A DNA stretch of 64,000 nucleotides. Source: Plasmodiophora brassicae (Eukaryota). Each line of letters opens with the position of its first letter. Position 1 is the stretch's first letter. Location of the stretch: contig CP145413.1 in NCBI GenBank assembly GCA_036867785.1, positions 372,001-436,000 of the forward strand, written 5' to 3'. The notes below the pieces were generated by a model. That model was not told where the DNA came from. It saw only the letters and a list, made by a program, of their open reading frames with translations, and searched no databases. The position numbers and the translations under genes are program-made. Below, in pieces: positions 58,801 to 64,000 of this stretch.

Positions 58801-61337
58801 CGCCCCAGGAGTCGTGCGGAATCTGGTTCTTCGAGTCGATGTTCAGCGGCGCCGAGTGCCGCGTGATCAGGTAGATGATACAGGAGACCAGCTGCTTGCC
58901 CGTGTACAGAGGCACAGGACGCAGGATCGCTGGGCAGATGGACGGGACGCGCACCTACGCGCCCCCCGAGTCAGCCACGAGCACAAGGGCCAGGTAACGG
59001 AGACGGACCTGAACAGGGAGCGACATGCAGGCGGAGTACAGTAGCTGGTGGAACTCGTCACGCGTGAAGAACGTGTCCTGTCACCGCGTCAGCATGTCAC
59101 CCGTAGACTGGCCATCGGAACACTGACGCGTTTCGTGATCAGCACGCCGGCGACGACGTGGTCCTGGATTAAGCCGCGCAGGGGGCTGCCGTCCTTCGGC
59201 GTCAGGTACTGGTTGTCGGTGTTGGCGAGCGTGTACCCCTCGGCCCTGGCCAGCTCCGATTGCGGGAAGTGCACGTTGATCTCGTCGCCGTCGAAGTCGG
59301 CATTGTACGTGTTGCAGTTGGCGTAATGCATGCGGATCGTCTGCTGCCCTTGCAGGATGCGGGCCTTGTGCGCCATCATACTCGCTTTGTGCAGCGTCGG
59401 TTGCCGGTTGACAAGCAAGACGTCGCCGTTCTGCAGGTGGCGGAACACCTTACGCGGCGCCGTGATCATCCCGCTGCACTGGCTGTTCCCGGCCGCGCTC
59501 GTGCTTCCGAACTGGGCCCCTGTCAGCAGCGTAGACGCGATTGCGACGCGTTGCGCCTTGGTACGCCTCGACAGCGAGATCAGGTGCCCGTGTTCGTTCT
59601 CGACATAGTTCGCACCTGATCAGATTCAGACACGGTCGAGAGGGACACCGCCGCGCCAACCGACAGACCTGGGTACGCGTAGGGTCCATTGATGACCATT
59701 TGACGCAGGAGTTCGACGTTGAACGGCGTGACAGGTTCGGGGTACGTCAGCTGCCTGGCGAACATCTCGGGAATGCCGATTTCGCCGACATGCAGGTACG
59801 GGTCGGGCGAGATGACCGACCGGCAACTGAAATTGACCCGCTTGCCCATCAGGTTCTGCCGGAACAGACCCTGCTTCTTCTCGATACGCTGGCGGACGCC
59901 AGGGAGCGTTGCATTGGATTTCGAACCAGCTGGCGCTTTGTCGCTATCCATCAGCATATTCGCCTGGTTCTGCATCTCCAGCCATGCCGCGTACAAGTCT
60001 TTAACGGTTACCGTCGCCTGAACAGGCACAGCACGTTAGCGAAGCGACCGTTGCCGCAGACGCATCGTCCTAACGTTCTCATTGTCGAGATCAGAAGAGA
60101 TTTTGCTGAACGACTGGCTGGCTTTGATGATGGTCTTGAAGTACGTGTTCTCCGGGTGCTCCATGGCGACGTCTCCCATCACGATCGGCGGCCTGTACTT
60201 GCACGGGGGCACGATGAGCACTTCCAGGAAGAAGGACGTCGCGGTGAGGTTAGGGAAGAGCGCTTTGAGAGCGGTGCCATCTTCACCATCATACAGGATC
60301 TCCATGTGACGCATCGCTTCGTTCGGCAGCATCACACCAGTGGTCGTCGGTGGCGGCGCGATCTCCCCCGTCAGCACATCTTGGTGGTGCACGTCGATTA
60401 GTACGTTGACGATGAGCAATGTCGCAAACACGATCATGCTTACTCGTAACGCTGTGATCGACTCCCAGCTTGGCGATGGCGGACAGCGTTCGAGGACGGT
60501 ACGGCATGATGAAGATCTTACTCGTCCCTTCGCTTCGCAAAGGCAGGCTGAAGCGTTCGCACTATGCATCCCGAAGGTGAGCGCCAGCACAACCGTACAG
60601 AGCAACGCGACACGCACTCGTTCACACTTGGCGGGATCGCTCCAGTGTTGCCATTGCCGAACGGTTGCGCGTCTGGCATCCAGCACGGCGTCGTCACCAA
60701 CTAGGCCAGCGTCGTGGGTCGTCGCCGAACGCACTGAGGCGATACGCGCGTCAACACCGGCGCGCCAGTCATCGTCGTCGTCGACGTCAGCGCCGCTTTC
60801 CGCGTCCTCGTCTTCGTCATCGCTCATGGTCGAATCGCCTTTGTGCCCGGCCTGATACCAACACGCATCAGCTGACCGTCGGGCGAAAGTCGGCCATTGC
60901 GGCGGTAGTACCTTCGCAGAGGTCGACGTGTCGATACGATCCGCATCGTACAGAAGCCGTTCGTCTATAAGCCCGAGTTTCGTGGCCAGAGTCTGGAGGC
61001 TGGCGCCAGAGTGCCTCAGCCGATGGCAGTGCTGGCACATCTGCTTAAGGATCTTGTTGAGTATCTTGAACGCCAACGGGTTGTAGATCGGAACCGGTAG
61101 CTCAACATGGCCGACATGCCCCGGGCAGCATTCGTACCGAAGGTGGCATGATGCGCAATGCGCCATGCGATCTATCGGGCCCATGGCAAGGTCGTACAAC
61201 CCGCCGGGGATCGGTTGTTTGAGTGCGTCCAGCCCTTCCGCAACCGTGATCGCTTTCACCGACAGGGAACGCACCTCTGCGGGCGTGTAGAACTTGAACG
61301 ACACCTGCGCGATTTCATCGTCGACCAGGGCGCCCAT
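55835..61337 (-). CDS. RPA1: RNA polymerase I largest subunit, multi-exon
   Basis: [14 protein letters not shown]...[91 protein letters not shown]. Pol I-type variants; no CTD. Confidence 0.95.
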
Positions 61338-61521
61338 GGCGATCAGCTGTCCCAGCACGCAATCAGCAGAGTGGAAAAGTTGCTGTAGATCGCTGAGCAA
61401 ACAGTCACCTGCTGGTTGGAAGCCGAACGCTCCTGCGGGACTGATGCCGGTGGCACCTGGGTCCGCGCGGACTCCGCGGAAGTCCGCCACGGCGTTCCAG
61501 CCGCTGACAACAACGACCGCG
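61338..61521. promoter_or_regulatory. Putative bidirectional promoter shared by RPA1 and AC40
   Basis: Divergent start codons are 106 nt (ATG 61444) or 184 nt (ATG 61522) apart. Confidence 0.65.
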
Positions 61522-62821
61522 ATGCCTTCCCTGCCTGACAACCTGGAGGCCATCCGCTCCCGCGTCTTTATCGAAGCCGGTGTCCCGACGCACACCGCCG
61601 GTATTGATGACGCGCTGGCGTTCAAGTCGCTCAATATCGGTATGATGCGCCCCAGTTCGATCGTTCGACGACTTCGCCGAACGCTAGTACCTATCAGATA
61701 ATTCGCTGGACCTGGACCGGTTCAGGGAAGGATTGAAATGCTCCGTACTGCGGCTGAATGAACAAGAAATCGTGTTCGAACTGGTGGGCATTGATGCTCC
61801 GATTGCTAACGCGCTGCGACGGGTGTTGATTGCGGAAGTACCGACGATTGCCATTGAAAAGGTCTCGAATGCGTCGGTTCCCGGCGCTCTGCTGTTTGAC
61901 TAACGACCTGCACAGGTGAACATCTACCAGAATACGTCCATCATGCAGGATGAGGTGTTGGCCCATCGTCTCGGGCTAGGTAAGGGCCCTTGTTGTGCCC
62001 CGGTCCGGCGTTTCCTAAGCCTGGTCGCTAGTCCCTATCTTGGCCGACCCTCGCAAGATGGAGTACCCAGGCGAGCGAGCGACACCTCAGAACACTCTCG
62101 TGTTTACGTTGGTGGTCACGTGCACAGAGAACCCCAGGGCAACGGCGCTAGACCCGCCTCATGTTCGATACATCAACAGCAACGTGTACTCCCGCGACCT
62201 GAAATGGGTACCGCAACCAGGGCAAGAGGAAATGTTCGAGGGCAGCCCGCCTCGGGTTGTTGACGGTGACATCCTCCTGTGCCAGTTGCGTCCGGGACAG
62301 ACATTGGAGCTTGAGCTCTTCTGTGAAAAGGGAATTGGGCAGACGCACGCGAAGTGGTCTCCCGTCTGCACCGCGTCCTACAAGCTGAAACCCGAGGTCA
62401 TCATACCTCGAAAGTTGACTGGTAGACACCGAACATGTCGTTTATGAGTACGTGGTTTACGATGCCCACGCAGGGTCCACGGCGGAGGCGCTTGTTAACG
62501 TCTGCCCGATGAACGTGTTCGACATTGAAGACGACCAGGCGGTCGTTGCACGCCCTGACAAGTGCACCATGTGCCGGGAGTGCATTCGCGATAAGCCCTG
62601 GGGCGCCGACGGCGTCCAGCTCAGAAGGATCCGCGACCACTTCATCTGTCAGTCCTATCCCGCATTGTGCCGCCCCCCGCGTTCGGTACTAACCCCCCGC
62701 CGCAGTCACCGTCGAATCCACGGGCATCTACAGGCCCGACGAGCTCCTGGCCGAGGCGCTCGACGTCCTCGTATCGAAGTGCAACACCATCGTGACGTGC
62801 CTCGATGAGTTGCATCGCTAA
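61522..62821 (+). CDS. RPAC1: RNA polymerase I/III shared subunit AC40, multi-exon (start 61522 or 61444)
   Basis: FELVGIDAPIANALRRVLIAEVPTIAIE, NTSIMQDEVLAHRLGL, LRPGQ, KGIGQTHAKWSPVCTASY, RIRDHFI|FTVESTG. TAA at 62819-62821 overlaps AATAAA. Confidence 0.93.
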
Positions 62822-62974
62822 ATAAACGCCCAGATCCCCTCCCACTGGTGCACCGCGCTGTGGCGCGAAGAAGAGGTTGACTGTGTCCCTGTCACAGGTC
62901 GGGCCGCCGGCCACGATTTTGGCAACGGGGGCGGCGGGCACCGCACCACCACCGCTCCCGATTCGCAGCGTGCC

Positions 62975-64000
62975 ATGTGGCGGCATCGGCGGTGGCGTCG
63001 CGAGCTGTTCACGGGACCGGGGCTGTCGCCGACGTTCGACAAGGTGCTGATCGCGAACCGCGGCGAGATCGCGTGTCGGGTGGCGCGGACGGCGCGCCTG
63101 CTCGGGGTCAGGACCGTCGGCGTGTACAGCGACGCGGACCGCGATTCGCTGCACGTGCGCCAGTGCGATGAGGCGTACCGGATCGGCGAGGCGCCTGCTG
63201 CCGAGAGTTACCTGCGCGCGGATAGGATCCTGGCCGTCGCGAAACAGGCCGGGGCTCAGGCCGTGAGTCGTCGTCGTCGTCGTTTGGGGGGGAACGCCTG
63301 CTTCCCCGGGGCCGGTGTTCTGATTCGTCCGGTACTTGCCAGGTGCATCCTGGCTACGGGTTCCTCAGTGAATCCGTCAAGTTCGCGGAGGCGTGCGACA
63401 AGGAGGGCATCGAGTTCATCGGGCCCCCGGTCAAGGCGATCGATGCCATGGGGTCCAAGAGGTATGGCTGCGTCCGCGTACCCATTGTAAGAGTGAAACG
63501 TGGTCGAATCGCGCTGCAGTGCGGCAAAGAAGATCATGATCGAGGCTGGGGTGCCGGTCGTTCCTGGGTATCATGGGGCGGATCAGTCCATCGTCGGTGC
63601 CCACCCTCGGACGTCACTGTTGACCTCTGCTGAACGGAGCTCGGCGTAGTCGAAGCTGACCGAAGAGGCGGGCAAGACCGGGTTTCCGCTGATGATCAAA
63701 GGTATGCGTCGATCGCATGGGCACCATGGCCTGCCGTTAACCGCCGGTTCTGTAGCCGTGCTTGGAGGCGGTGGTAAAGGTATGCGAATCGTCTGGAAAG
63801 CCGACGACTTTCAGGAAGCCCTCGAGGCCTGCATGAGGGAAGCGCAGTCCTCGTTTGGCGACAGCCGTGTCCTGCTTGAACGATACATCGTTCGCCCCCG
63901 ACATATTGGTAGAGCACCGTTGTTACTTCCTGATGCGCTGCCTCTGACAGTGCCGGTTCGTACAGAATTCCAGATATTTGCTGACAAACATGGCAACGCG
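62975..64000 (+). CDS. MCCC1: Biotin carboxylase subunit, most likely 3-methylcrotonyl-CoA carboxylase alpha; 3' part outside window
   Basis: [82 protein letters not shown]. Confidence 0.8.

Overview
Compact, GC-rich eukaryotic genomic DNA with many short (~45-65 nt) spliceosomal introns and very short intergenic gaps. The style and the flagellar IFT70 gene suggest a zoospore-forming protist, possibly a phytomyxid such as Plasmodiophora (inference, not verified). About 20 protein genes can be read: the 3' end of a gene with ubiquitin-binding-like motifs, IFT70/TTC30, a GAF-domain cyclic-nucleotide PDE, a Cys-rich GPI-type surface protein, SDHC, ESF1, an SMG1-like PIKK, a class I-like PI3K with N-terminal WW domains, a small 8-Cys secreted protein, a coiled-coil ORF, GCDH, ECD/SGT1, a HIG1 protein, RPN1, a ~4,900-aa membrane mucin/extensin-like protein built on a ~13-kb exon, TOM22, RPA1, AC40 (RPAC1) and the 5' part of MCCC1. 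The most notable observations: two RNA polymerase I subunits arranged head-to-head on a <200-bp spacer; the WW-PI3K architecture; the giant Pro/Thr surface protein with tandem LamG-like domains; and an accessory island at 13.35-14.65 kb holding a 26-bp TIR element, a possible Pol III-type cassette and a nested fold-back of a coding fragment. Gene boundaries were inferred by eye from ORFs and splice sites, and family assignments come from recognised motifs, not database searches.
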